A DNA stretch of 64,000 nt, taken from Octopus bimaculoides. Lineage: Eukaryota. Positions 51,981 to 64,000 of the stretch are shown piece by piece (position 1 is the stretch's first letter; every line of letters starts with the position of its first letter). Where the stretch lies: the NCBI RefSeq assembly GCF_001194135.2, contig NC_068999.1, positions 220,910 to 284,909 on the forward strand, written 5' to 3'. The translations under genes and the position numbers were made by a program. The notes below the pieces were generated by a model that made no database searches, was not told the DNA's origin, and saw nothing but the letters and a program-made list of their open reading frames with translations.

Positions 51981-52660
51981 CATATGGTCGTTTATACGTT
52001 TCAGGCGTAAGACTGTGGCAATGCTGTGGTACGCCAGTGTAATCACCTCTTCAATGACCAATCATACGCGACTGGCTTTTGGTGAAAAAGTGAGTTTGAC
52101 ATTGCCGCCTTCTTTTGATAATATTGGTGGAATATTTTCCACATGGCGCAAATAATGTATCACTCACGGCAGCATTGCAGAGAATAGAGCTTCAGTCAAG
52201 CCCAATAATCAAATCCCATCATACCGCTTATTTATTTATTTTCTGTGATTGATCTTTGTGGTGCTTCGATCCTTATTATGTCTTGTTTTTGTAGGAGAAA
52301 TTGTATAAGTGGTAAATATCCTAGCGTGGCGTATACCATGAGTTACTCGTCAGGCCAGGAGTATATTGACTAAATGAATGATTATGAAACATATCAAACA
52401 TTCCTTAACCTCATTCCTTAACTCTTGTATTCTTATTCGTATACCCGGTAACCCTGATCGCCTGCCGTGAAATATAAAAAGAACTTTCTCCTCACTTTAT
52501 CGTACTTCGATACGAAAAAATCCACAACTTTCCGTGTCAACAAACCGCTTTTCTCCTTGAAAGTATTATTTTTATATTTCCTACGAATTTCTTGAGGCTA
52601 GTTTTCTTCCCATACCTGTATATACATATGTATATTTGTATATACATATGTATATTTGTG

Positions 52661-52705
<45 letters not shown>

Positions 52706-52739
52706 ATATATATACATATATATATTTGTATATATATAC

Positions 52740-52779
<40 letters not shown>

Positions 52780-52810
52780 CTGTATACATAAATATATCTG
52801 TATATATATA

Positions 52811-52875
52811 TATATACATACGTATATCTGTATATACATACGTATATCTGTATATACATACGTATATCTGTATAT
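52811..52875 (+). repeat. Minisatellite, 20-bp unit TATATACATACGTATATCTG x3+, running into a gap
   Basis: Direct reading. Confidence 0.9.
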
Positions 52876-52913
52876 NNNNNNNNNNNNNNNNNNNNNNNNN
52901 NNNNNNNNNNNNN

Positions 52914-52959
<46 letters not shown>

Positions 52960-53277
52960 CCATGCATATATACATATAGGTGCATAAATATATGCACATA
53001 GATCCACGCTTATTATCACTCATATACTCAAACAGTCTGACGCACAAACAGACTTATAGACTGATATACACCTATATGCACCTATATGCACCTATATGCA
53101 CACGTATTTGGCAATGAATACATACATAATTTACAAGGAAATGGAGAAAGAATATCTAGACAGCATGATGACATGCTTGCAGCAGCAAGACCCACCATTT
53201 TCTTCTGGAATATTCTATTAGTGAAGGAAACATGATTGTAAACTGTGTAGAAATAGATTTAAGCAGATTTGTTCCGC

Positions 53278-53335
<58 letters not shown>

Positions 53336-54289
53336 CCTCTGCAATAATCTGATAGCAAACGATGTAATTTTCCCTCTGCTGTTGGCAAAATACAAAGAGA
53401 AATATAACGATTAAAGCTAGTTTATGATTTTGCATTGCTTGCCGATCTTGTCAATAGTTAAATTCTATTCTTAGTGTTATCTTTGTCATTGTCCCTGTCT
53501 TTCCTTTCTTATAATATCACAGTCCTGCCACTCAAGGAATGTAGATTGAGCGATAGTTTAGAGTTGAGACCCACTTCACCACCACAGTCACCACCCCAAA
53601 AATTTTCGTTGGTGTATAATTATCTGTTAGAGTAGCTTAATGTTAAGATTAACAGAGCGTACTTTGTATTTGGATACATAAATGACGTTTTTCGTAGATG
53701 CCAGAAATGATAAGATGTGCATTAACTGTGGCTGCTTTAAGTGGTTTGTGTCTTGTTCCCAGCAAGCAAGTGTATCCATGTTCAAATACAATAGAGCCTC
53801 ATAATTGTACGGTTTTGTATAACAATGCTGTACGTCTCACCATCATAGAATACGAAGAAAAGCAATTTGATTCAGCATCGGTTCTGTAACCTCCTCTACT
53901 TTGCTGCAGGTTTTCCGTCGATAATATATAGAGTAAATGACAATGTCCTCAATGATACTGTGCAAAACGCATGACTTGTTTCGGTATTATTAAGACTTTT
54001 TAGGGGTTGGTGGGTTGGCAGATTTGTTTTTGGAAAAGAGAAAGCGACTTGCCACGTTTGTTTAGGGCTTTAAGTTTGAATTTGAATCGACCACAATTCT
54101 GATGAGGAAATTATATTGAGAAATCTTTATTTGATTCATCGTGTACCTTCTCAAGATGCCAGTCAGTGGATTCCAATACGTAGAATCTTTTGAGTACAAT
54201 TTCGGATTATATTCTGAGAACAGATTGAATTATCCAGATATATACATGTTATTAGAGTATACTTTCAAAGATATAATGCCATAATGGGT

Positions 54290-54500
54290 ATAAAATTCTG
54301 TTGTGCAAGACAGCAGCTACAGCCCAAGATGTTCAACCTTAAGGGTCACATGTTCTGGTGAAGCACACTTCATCCAATACAACGCCATATTGCAATCATT
54401 TGCAGATGATATTTTCGACTGTGTATGAAATAACAACGTTATCGGTGCTTATTACTGACACAAGGAAGGTCTTAAGGTTGAACATTAACGCGTTACCTGT
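54290..54500 (+). mobile_element. Decayed RTE-type reverse transcriptase fragment
   Basis: ARQQLQPKMFNL (cf. GVRQG..SP..F), LQSFADDI (FADD), LITDTRKVLRLNI (cf. KVGL.IN) in the expected order across frameshifts. Confidence 0.45.
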
Positions 54501-54650
54501 CAAATGCTCCGTTAACCTGTTGCCATTGGAGAATGGTAATGTTTGGAGAAGATGAAGGTCACTTAGACACGCCCATACACATGCACACACATATACACGT
54601 ACCTGGACACACAGGTACGTGTATCTGGCTGTTTTGCATGTATGTAACTA

Positions 54651-54944
54651 CAGGCATATCTCAACTTACGTCTTTTCGAGATACGTCTTTTTCTGAAATG
54701 ACGTCGATTCCCTTTTTTAAAGAAATTAAGGGAAAACAGCCTCAAGATCAGTCGATTTATTCTTAAAAGCCTAAAAATTAATAGAAAACCTTAAAACTAA
54801 ATCGGAAAATCATTACATGTGAAGATTTGTACACTCCATATATCAAAACAGATATTAATCTAATAAATTTTGAATATTTTTTCTTGTTACGTCGTTTTTC
54901 GAGTTACGTCGCACCTGTTATTGGTATAAGCCGAGGTATGCATG
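54651..54944. mobile_element. Tigger/pogo-like MITE (~295 bp)
   Basis: Left TA|CAGGCATATCTCAACTTACG; right end reverse complement CATGCATACCTCGGCTTATA followed by (T)TA; repeated subterminal ttacgtc...tttcgag.tacgtc at both ends. Confidence 0.75.
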
Positions 54945-55586
54945 TTAATATAGCAACCTACAAACCAGTTTTCTTTGACAAATCAAATTAATTCAGCCGT
55001 TTAGTAAATACATCATTTGCTTGTGTTGCTTTCACGCTTCCATATTATGAAATTTAACGACACTCTCAGGAATGATTTACGACAACGAGTAGACTTTTAA
55101 ATTTCTTGCTGGAGTAGGATGGAAAGAATCTTAAGTAAATATACAAAATTGCGATATAGGACACGATGTGGATAAGAGAAATACTTCTTGGAGTAATTTG
55201 ATATCACAATATCAAATCGTTTTACACATTTCAGTCTTGGCCTTCGTTAAAATTTTTTTTTTAGTGGCTTCATAAATAACAATTAATCGTTGATTTCTTG
55301 CGAGGTGATAATGTGTTTTTTCAAGTCGGGAATATCAAGAGAAACTATAACAAACACTTGATATCTCTGCAAATACCAAACTTCAACATCTTCTGTAAAT
55401 TTAATTACGAAGACTCCACCTCCACACTGTAATAATTATGATGATTGAAGAGCATCTATATATATACATACATTCACAAATGCATATATATGCACATCCA
55501 CAAATACAGATACACAGACACATATATACATATACATAGATATGCATATACATTCACACATAGTAATTTAATTTATACTTGCATGC

Positions 55587-55619
<33 letters not shown>

Positions 55620-55647
55620 AATAAAGTAGTTGCGTATATATATATAT

Positions 55648-55692
<45 letters not shown>

Positions 55693-58334
55693 CACTTAAA
55701 TACCTACATATGCAAGTATATATATATATATATGTATATATACGTGCGTGTGTGTGTATAGATATGCTTACGTTTATCTATGGATATGTACGCATATCTA
55801 TGTATCTACACACACTGATGCACGTAAGCACGTACAGCTATAAAAATATGATGTCCAAAAGAATGTTAAATACTTTACTGTATATATGTGTATGCATANN
55901 NNNNNNNNNNNNNNNNNNNNNNNNNNNNNNNNNNNNNNNNNNNNNNNNNNNNNNNNNNNNNNNNNNNNNNNNNNNNNNNNNNNNNNNNNNNNNNNNNNNN
56001 NNNNNNNNNNNNNNNNNNNNNNNNNNNNNNNNNNNNNNNNNNNNNNNNNNNNNNNNNNNNNNNNNNNNNNNNNNNNNNNNNNNNNNNNNNNNNNNNNNNN
56101 NNNNNNNNNNNNNNNNNNNNNNNNNNNNNNNNNNNNNNNNNNNNNNNNNNNNNNNNNNNNNNNNNNNNNNNNNNNNNNNNNNNNNNNNNNNNNNNNNNNN
56201 NNNNNNNNNNNNNNNNNNNNNNNNNNNNNNNNNNNNNNNNNNNNNNNNNNNNNNNNNNNNNNNNNNNNNNNNNNNNNNNNNNNNNNNNNNNNNNNNNNNN
56301 NNNNNNNNNNNNNNNNNNNNNNNNNNNNNNNNNNNNNNNNNNNNNNNNNNNNNNNNNNNNNNNNNNNNNNNNNNNNNNNNNNNNNNNNNNNNNNNNNNNN
56401 NNNNNNNNNNNNNNNNNNNNNNNNNNNNNNNNNNNNNNNNNNNNNNNNNNNNNNNNNNNNNNNNNNNNNNNNNNNNNNNNNNNNNNNNNNNNNNNNNNNN
56501 NNNNNNNNNNNNNNNNNNNNNNNNNNNNNNNNNNNNNNNNNNNNNNNNNNNNNNNNNNNNNNNNNNNNNNNNNNNNNNNNNNNNNNNNNNNNNNNNNNNN
56601 NNNNNNNNNNNNNNNNNNNNNNNNNNNNNNNNNTATATATATATATATATATTGCTATAGCAATGTTAATATGTAAAATATTTGTTACTGTTCCATGCTG
56701 CACATTTTAGTGTAAAAGTGTAAAATAACTCGATCTCAGGAGATACTTATGCATATATACATAGATATATACATAGATATATACATAGATATATACATAC
56801 GTACATACAGGCATGCTTACACCCTGTATGTTTGTGAGTGTGTGTGTGTGTGTGTGTGTGGCTGTGTGTGTGTGGCTGTGTGTGATGTGGTCGATTTGAA
56901 AATTGTGTTAGGGCGTATTTAATGTACTGTATGAATATTCGCAAACATGTATAATACACACACACACACACACACACACACTATTTAAATTCATACATAC
57001 ATACATTCAAACATATATATATGCACACCCCACCCTATATAGATATATACACACACGTATAGATGCATACATATACACACACCTACGACTGTACTTTACT
57101 TTTAATGTGTGCAAACTTAATAGATTTGTTAAATAGCTGCAGCCGAGCCCCACCCTGCCATGCCCACCACCAACCAGTAGTATCAGAACAACCGTCAAAA
57201 GCGCTAAAATATTCATAGTGAGAGAGAGAGAGAGAGGGGGAGAGAGGGAAAGGGAAAGAGAAAGCGTGGGTGGGGGTTGTAAAAAAACAATAAATAACCA
57301 GTAAAATATTCATATAAAACAAGAGGAAACAATAACGAAACAGTGACAAGGAGAATAACTGGAGCTAAGAAAGGGTAATTTATCTGAAAGTTTATTGATT
57401 GTGTGTTGTGCCTCTCTTGTGATTTACGTAGAACACTTTAATCAGAGATGGTCGTTTACAGTAAATAGAAAAATAAAATAGAAATAAAGAGAAAATATAT
57501 AAAAATGTCCATCAGGGATATTATGAAGAAGAGATGGCTCTATTTTACTTGTTTTATTTTATTTAATTTTCTGTTTGTTTTCTTTCTCGCGGTTATATTG
57601 TCGGAAATAAGAGTGACGTTGAAGGTTGATGGTGATAGTAATGTAGACGACGATGATGATGATGATGATGATGATGATTTTGGTGACGGCGGTGGGGGGG
57701 GGGTCGTTTTCGTGGTGCTGGCTGATAGTGTTTCTGGTGATGATAACGTTGTTGTTATTCATGATGATGATGATGAGGAGAAGGAGGAAGAAAGTGATGA
57801 TGATCATTACTATAGTGATGATCGTCTTGTTGATGCTGCTACAGCTGAGGATGAAAACGACGATGACGATGATGATGATGATGGTGAAGGCGGTGGTGAT
57901 GATGGTGACGACGACGACTACGACGATGACGATGAGGATAATGATGATGGTGCTTTTCGTTCTCATCACCAATATTGTAGCCGATCCTCCAAATTCCCTC
58001 AGAATCACTCGAACCTATAATCAAAGACATTCGAGATGTGACCACCCTGTTTTTTGGGGGGGATTGAGTAGAACTGTATTACCCAATCCATACCATCCTT
58101 GTTTATAATAGCACTATGTGATTTGATGTAGATTTGGGGATTTGAAATATTTAAATTCGATCCATTGGATTAATATTTAAATTCGATCCATTGGATTGCT
58201 ACATAGACCCATACAGACCATTCGTACCAATTCCTGGTCTAAAAGTGAAGGAGCAACTTTCGCCGGAAATAGAGTCTAAGCGATGATCAAATTTTAGGGA
58301 GAGCTTAGCAACTGTTGCTGCTCTATCGTTGTAA

Positions 58335-58548
58335 ATATTAGCCTCAAATTTTGGTACAATTCCGGCAAATTCAGGGAAGGAGACTCAATTGATGACATCA
58401 ATCTCAGTGCTCAACCGGTATTTATTTCGTAGACTTCGAAAGAGACGCAAAGTCGACCTCAGTGGAATTTGAACTTAGAACGTAAAGACGGACGAAATGC
58501 TGTTAAACATTTTACCCGGCGTACTAACGGTTCCGGAAGCTTGTCGCT
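58335..58548 (-). mobile_element. SINE family A
   Basis: cagtgctcaaccggtatttatt...gcaaagtcgacctcagtggaatttgaacttagaacgtaaagacggacgaaat...cccggcgtactaacg. Confidence 0.88.
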
Positions 58549-59942
58549 TTCGTCAACGTTAATATTAACCAAATATCTATATTCCGGCTGGGCGATATTA
58601 CAATCACTTATTCACATATTGGTACGCAATATCCCCACTCCTCAACGACTATCTGTTTATGTCCGAGCTTCCAAACAGTCATTCGTGTACAAATATATTA
58701 CAGACCTTTGTATATATTGATTGAACAGTTTTGGTCAACATTTTTCGTTCGCTTTCTTTATTAATAACGCGCGCGTGTGTGTGTATATGTGTGTGCGTAT
58801 GCGCGTGTGTGTCTCTGTCGGTTTTTTTGTTTTATTCGTATTTTGTTGTTTGTTTTTGCTGTCTGAAAGCAATGTCAGGACATCATAATAGAAATATTAG
58901 AAAGATCAAATACAGATTTAGACTGACCATATGACATTTATGGAAAGAGGTTAACTAATAGACACACCGAAGAAAAAGAAGAGGAGAAAGACAGTGAGAT
59001 ATGATAAAGAGATAACTTAACATTGAACAGGAGAGGGGTAAGAGAGATTAGAGATAAGTGAGAGAGAGAGAGGGGGGATAAAAGAGTTACACACGTGTGT
59101 GTGTGTATATATATGTATATATATATATATATATATACATATGTGCATATACCTACTTATATATAGACATTTATATATAATATATACATACAAACACACA
59201 CACTTATAAGAGCCAGTGGGATTAAAGAGAGAGAAAGTTGGAGATAAAATAGAAACATTAAGATAAATAAGGATAAAGAAGAGGCTGTTTACGTGGAACA
59301 GATATAGAATCTACACACACACACATACATATAGATGTATACACTCACACCATATAAACTAATATCTATCTATCTATTCATATATATATATATATATATA
59401 TATTTATAATATACACACGTGATAGACGTGAAGACCTTTGATTAAATTCATACATCAAATAGCGGTTAAAGCTAGGTTCATCTATTGGTTATCACTCGAT
59501 TTACTGGCGTAATTCTTCTCTTCTTTCGTCCCCTATTTCATCTTATCATCATCATCGTTGTTGTTGTTGTTGTTCTCGTGGCTGTCCTTGCTCTCCATCC
59601 CTGTTTATTGTTATCCTTTCATCACTACAAAATCAATTTCGTATTGGCTGATTCTTAAATCGGTTCCAAAAAAAAAAACAAAAAAACAAAGAAAAACGCC
59701 AAACAAATACAAAAATAAAAAAATAAAATAAAGTAATAGTATATAAAGAAATAAACCAAATAAACTTCAAAACGTTATTTGCATCTAATTTAATCCAGTC
59801 GAGCATCAAGCTAACAAACCACTTACTAATTACGCCCAGTTTCTGATTATTACGGATGATTGGCGATCAGTGAACCCGGAACGGGGCGTCAATGTTGGTT
59901 CCGAAATATATGTACAGGTATGTATATATGTACATGTATGTA

Positions 59943-59980
<38 letters not shown>

Positions 59981-59986
59981 TGTGTG

Positions 59987-60020
59987 TGGAGGCCCGTGGT
60001 TTAGTGGTTAGGGGGTTGCA
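59987..60020 (+). mobile_element. tRNA-SINE head remnant
   Basis: ggaggcccgtggtttagtggttaggggg; A-box region only. Confidence 0.45.
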
Positions 60021-60244
60021 TTTTATTTGAAAATTTTCTTTTTCTTTTCACGAGGGGAATTTAGTTTGGCACCGTTCATTATAGCTGTTCTTGATATCCA
60101 TCCATCGATGTAACACTAGATTTTTCTGTTGTATTTCGCCTTTATATATATCTTCCCCTAAAATTCAGTAACTTTGTAGTCCAATAAAAGAAATTATCCC
60201 TTCTTCTCCTCCTCCTTCTTCTTATTATTGTTATCATTAATGCA

Positions 60245-60443
60245 AAGAGCAGGCAAAATCGCTAGCCCCCTGGCGCAATGTTTAGCGTTATTTCGTCTGT
60301 CTTTAGGTTCTGAGATCAAATGTCGCAAAAGTCGACTTTGCCTTTTATCTTTTCGGGGTCGATAAATTATGTACCAGTGAAACACTGGGGTCGATGTAAT
60401 CCACTCCCATCAAATTTCAGGCCTTGTGCCTAGAGTAGAAAGG

Positions 60444-60445
<2 letters not shown>
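60245..60445 (+). mobile_element. SINE family A with (TTA)n tail
   Basis: gcaaaatcgctagc...gtcgactttgccttttatctttcggggtcgataaattatgtaccag...ggccttgtgcctagagtagaaagggttattatt. Confidence 0.88.
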
Positions 60446-60481
<36 letters not shown>

Positions 60482-60700
60482 TAGCAGCCGCAGTAAAGTG
60501 AGTGGAGTTCAGTGTGGTGACATGTTCGTCTTAGTATTCTCTTTTTGGTTGGAGATCTTCCAGCAGCAAAACAACCAGATTTTAAGTGCGAAGAGATGTT
60601 TTGTACACTTCGTGCCTAACCAAACAATAAGTTCTGTATGTAACGTATGTCTGCCATACGATGTTTGTGCATGCGTTTGTGCGTATATATGTGTGTATAA

Positions 60701-60766
<66 letters not shown>

Positions 60767-61084
60767 AGTTATGTGTATGTNNNNNNNNNNNNNNNNNNNN
60801 NNNNNNNNNNNNNNNNNNNNNNNNNNNNNNNNNNNNNNNNNNNNNNNNNNNNNNNNNNNNNNNNNNNNNNNNNNNNNNNNNNNNNNNNNNNNNNNNNNNN
60901 NNNNNNNNNNNNNNNNNNNNNNNNNNNNNNNNNNNNNNNNNNNNNNNNNNNNNNNNNNNNNNNNNNNNNNNNNNNNNNNNTATATATACACACACACACA
61001 CACGCACGCACACACATATATATACATACACATATGTCTCTCTCTATACACTATATACACAAAACACTCTCACGCTCAAGTTCA

Positions 61085-61127
<43 letters not shown>

Positions 61128-61814
61128 ACAAAGAAATAACAAAAATACAATGTTAAAATGCCCAGCAGCGCAAGAAATGATATTATATTTATTCATTTAA
61201 AATCCTTTTTTTTTTAACATTTTAATAATATTTAGAGTAAAAAAGTTTTCGTAAAATCGTGATTTTTAATTGTGTAGTAGATTGTGTATTTTTGTGTCTG
61301 CGTGCGTGATTGAATTTGTTTCTAGTCCTATATAAGTGCTTCTTGAAAAAAGGATAAAAAAAAATTGTTCTGTATTTGGCCTGTCATTCGCTTAGATACT
61401 CAGTGGTGACAAGCATATGGAGAGACAACACAGGCAATACGATCGCCACCACCCAGTTATTTATTTCTTGCGGCACATCTACCACAAACACCTCTATCTT
61501 GCGTCGCACCATTTACTAGACTACCAAGATTAATTCTTCATTTTTGGTAGAGGCCGTGGACTGATCTATCTTTCACAGTAGCATAAACGTGTGCTATGAA
61601 TGATATTCATTATTTCGGCCATAAAGGATTTTAGGCACCTTATTACAAGGCCTTTATGGTTACCGAAGACCTCCTCGTTTTTCCTACAATATATTCTATT
61701 ATTTTTCTCCTGCCACCTTGGTCTCATAACCCCGCTTATTCGCTTTCCATCGTGTATAACTGGCCGAGAACACAAACTTTTCACTCAGAAACCGGTCTGT
61801 GGCAGAGTTCAACG

Positions 61815-61975
61815 ACAGCAATTTTAGAGAGAGGGGCCGGGGGTTAAGTCGGTTATACTGAACCCAGTGTTCAACTGGTCCTTATAATATCGTTCCACGA
61901 TGAGATGAAAAGCAAAGACGACTTTGATATTTGAACTCAGAATGTAAAGTACCGGGGGAAATGCTGTAAAGTGTA
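61815..61975 (-). mobile_element. SINE family A, degenerate
   Basis: ttaagtcggttatactgaacccagtgttcaactggt...gatgaaaagcaaagacgac...tttgaactcagaatgtaaag. Confidence 0.75.
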
Positions 61976-62717
61976 TAGGAAGGAGTGAAATATAAATCTA
62001 CATTTTGTCATTTTAATCATCCCTGCTTCGTGTGCTCAATATGAATGACTTAGAGCTTGACTAAGTCTCACCTCGCAGTAGATGTATTTTTGACTGTTGG
62101 TATATAAGAAAAGTTGTTCTTAGGTAATGTATGACACTGAAGAAGTGCATTCATGCCGAGACACGTGTCTGACGGTATGGTCGGTGCCAAGAATTTTTAC
62201 ATACACTATCTGCAAGGTGAAAGTTTTTACGAGAAGGTCTATTACACTCGAATGCATAGGAAACTTAGCGTACTCATCACTAACAGTTAAGTTCATGTTT
62301 TACATATTCAATTTAGATGACAACTGAGTAATTAACTCCAGTGACTTTAAGAAACGGTATCATTGACGTCACTGAAATATCTACAAGCAAAGCTCGCAGT
62401 TACTGTGTGTCTACGTTTCGAATTTTCATAAACCCTCTGTAGTCATAGACGCTCGTTTTCATCATTCTCGACTTGAATACAAATTTAGAGTGTGTCATCT
62501 TTCGACGAAAATTTGAATTTTGTTAATAGCTTTTAGGTTACGGGTTTTACTTTTTTTAATTTCAGGATGTCTTCCGACGTCCATTTTATTGCAACGAAAC
62601 TGCAGTTTACTGCTGAGACTGCCAGCCATAAACGACACCACAGAGTTTATTGCCTCCATCAGTTTTCCGGTTACGCTCATTCATCTGTATCAGGTTTGAT
62701 CGCCACCGGATATATAT

Positions 62718-62751
<34 letters not shown>

Positions 62752-62850
62752 ATCTGTATATATATATATATATATATATCCATGCATACATACACACACA
62801 CAAATACATGCATACACATATATATATACACATGTACATACATATATACA

Positions 62851-62895
<45 letters not shown>

Positions 62896-63344
62896 GTAAA
62901 TATACATACTTATTACTTATTTCGTATTAAATCTGCAATTTGGTAACTTGCCAGCTTTTCCGCCATCATTGATTCCCAGCTGTGGACAATGTTTCACCGT
63001 TCCCAACTCAATTCCTTTTTCATTGATTTTATTAGCAGTATTTATTGGATTGCCAGGACTGTGTGGCCCTTCTGGCACATTTCTCTGCATAAAAGTTTAT
63101 ACTGACCTTAATGCTTGACAGTTTTACAGTTGACAGTATATCTTCCAAATGTATCTCACAATTGGTTTTCACGATAATGTGCATGTAGGGCGAACGAAAA
63201 GATATTAGGTCCCACAAGTTTCGTAATCCCTTCACGTAAAAGTTAGGGGTTTGATTATTGAACAGGAGCCAGAGAGAAGGGTGGATGGAAAATTTCCTTT
63301 GTATTATCGATTTGTCATCTCAGTCAATTTCCTGTTTCCTTCAA

Positions 63345-63565
63345 AGACATGTCGTTCGCTTCACCGACAATCGGTGGACTCGCGCAGCTGTCGAAGGATA
63401 TCTGTATGAGCGGGAGGCTTCCATTACGGGGGGTTGACGAAATACAACAAGTGCTTGGCGCTCCATGGATGAGGAAGGCATGATCCAGAGAAAAATGGAC
63501 GGCGTGCTGTGACCAGTGGCGTTGAAACGACGCCTGACAGTCTGGTCGGTAAAAGTGATCAAGAT
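63345..63565 (+). mobile_element. RTE/RTEX-type LINE 3' end (different family from 23k/28k)
   Basis: RHVVRFTDNRWTRAAVE ... DEIQQVLGAPWMRKA*SREKW...DQWR*; H..R..DNRWT...W pattern; tail grades into (ATCT)n. Confidence 0.8.
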
Positions 63566-63576
63566 CTATCTATCTG

Positions 63577-63647
<71 letters not shown>

Positions 63648-64000
63648 ACGCGCGCGTGTCTAAGCAAAGCAGTATTAGATTAATATAGCAATCTATATAT
63701 CATATTTGCTGTAAATACATCGTTGGAAGGCAAATTTATTTCGGTATTCCTGCGGATATAACATCCCTTATGGGTGAAGTAGGTTTAAAATCACTTTATG
63801 TCGGAATGAGATGGAAATCATTCCAGCAGCGATTAGGGAGAAAGCCAGTTGCATTGGAATTGTCAATAGCGTAGTTCTCACAGCCAAGCACAAGTTTAGA
63901 AGAGATTAGTCGTCAATATCTAGGAAAATAGTGACGAAACCTTCATTTGTATTGCGAATACGCACTTATGCTAAACATCTGTAATGTTCTATCTTCGCTT

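Larger units (their letters stand above)
1317..60980. other. Scaffold assembly gaps (N runs)
   Basis: N runs at approx. 1317-1391, 2530-3382, 7621-7767, 19306-19665, 21294-21600, 23734-24261, 25408-25761, 29656-30050, 30843-31260, 33174-33413, 34518-34820, 40328-40666, 48522-48847, 52876-52913, 55899-56633, 60781-60980, plus two 10-N gaps near 38011 and 38411. Almost all abut dinucleotide microsatellites, as expected for a short-read assembly. Confidence 0.97.
1..64000. repeat. Pervasive microsatellites: (TA)n, (CA/TG)n, (AG)n, (TATG)n, (TATC)n, (TAG)n, (TAA)n, (GAT)n
   Basis: Directly visible, e.g. (TA)n ~3900-4150, (TG)n ~4960-5052, (AG)n ~6988-7039, (TAG)n ~11198-11242, degenerate (GAT)n ~57650-57950. 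These explain the YIYI/HTHT/CVCV ORFs. Confidence 0.98.

Noticed and set aside
52473-52497. TATA box plus Inr-like TCACTTT
   Set aside because: Spacing is ~21 nt rather than ~30, and the motif is common in AT-rich DNA.
57505-58020. 171-aa Asp/Glu-rich ORF
   Set aside because: Degenerate (GAT)n microsatellite; overlapping frames are also open, with no splice or domain support.
1-64000. CRISPR arrays, rRNA, operons or other prokaryotic systems
   Set aside because: No repeat-spacer arrays with unique spacers, no rRNA motifs, no gene-dense tracts; the sequence is animal intergenic or intronic DNA.

Overview
AT-rich eukaryotic (animal) non-coding DNA, densely packed with di-, tri- and tetranucleotide microsatellites and about 16 long N-gaps, nearly all bordering (TA)n/(CA)n tracts. 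The SINE families and microsatellite load point to an octopus draft scaffold (inference from recalled repeat consensus, not a database search). I recognise no cellular protein-coding gene. Almost every ORF in the supplied track is a microsatellite or N-gap artefact. The real coding signal is decayed transposons: three Penelope-like (PLE) fragments, three R4/Dong-type RLE LINE fragments plus a fourth divergent RLE 3' end, RTE LINE ends, a mariner 3' end, a maT/DD37D-like N-terminus fused to an RLE fragment, a Helitron fragment, a Tigger/pogo-like MITE, and more than 20 tRNA-derived SINE pieces. Most interesting: (i) three decayed type-I hammerhead ribozyme-like motifs, one attached to a PLE end and one with an unusual ~90-nt helix II extension; (ii) two long near-perfect inverted repeats (131 bp and 160 bp) that would form dsRNA if transcribed; (iii) Dong-type insertions in (TAA)n, one internally deleted; (iv) a CpG-dense promoter-like patch at ~11.9 kb with a candidate first coding exon at ~7.2 kb on the minus strand. 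I found no evidence for an intact novel system. The hammerhead/PLE set is the best lead.
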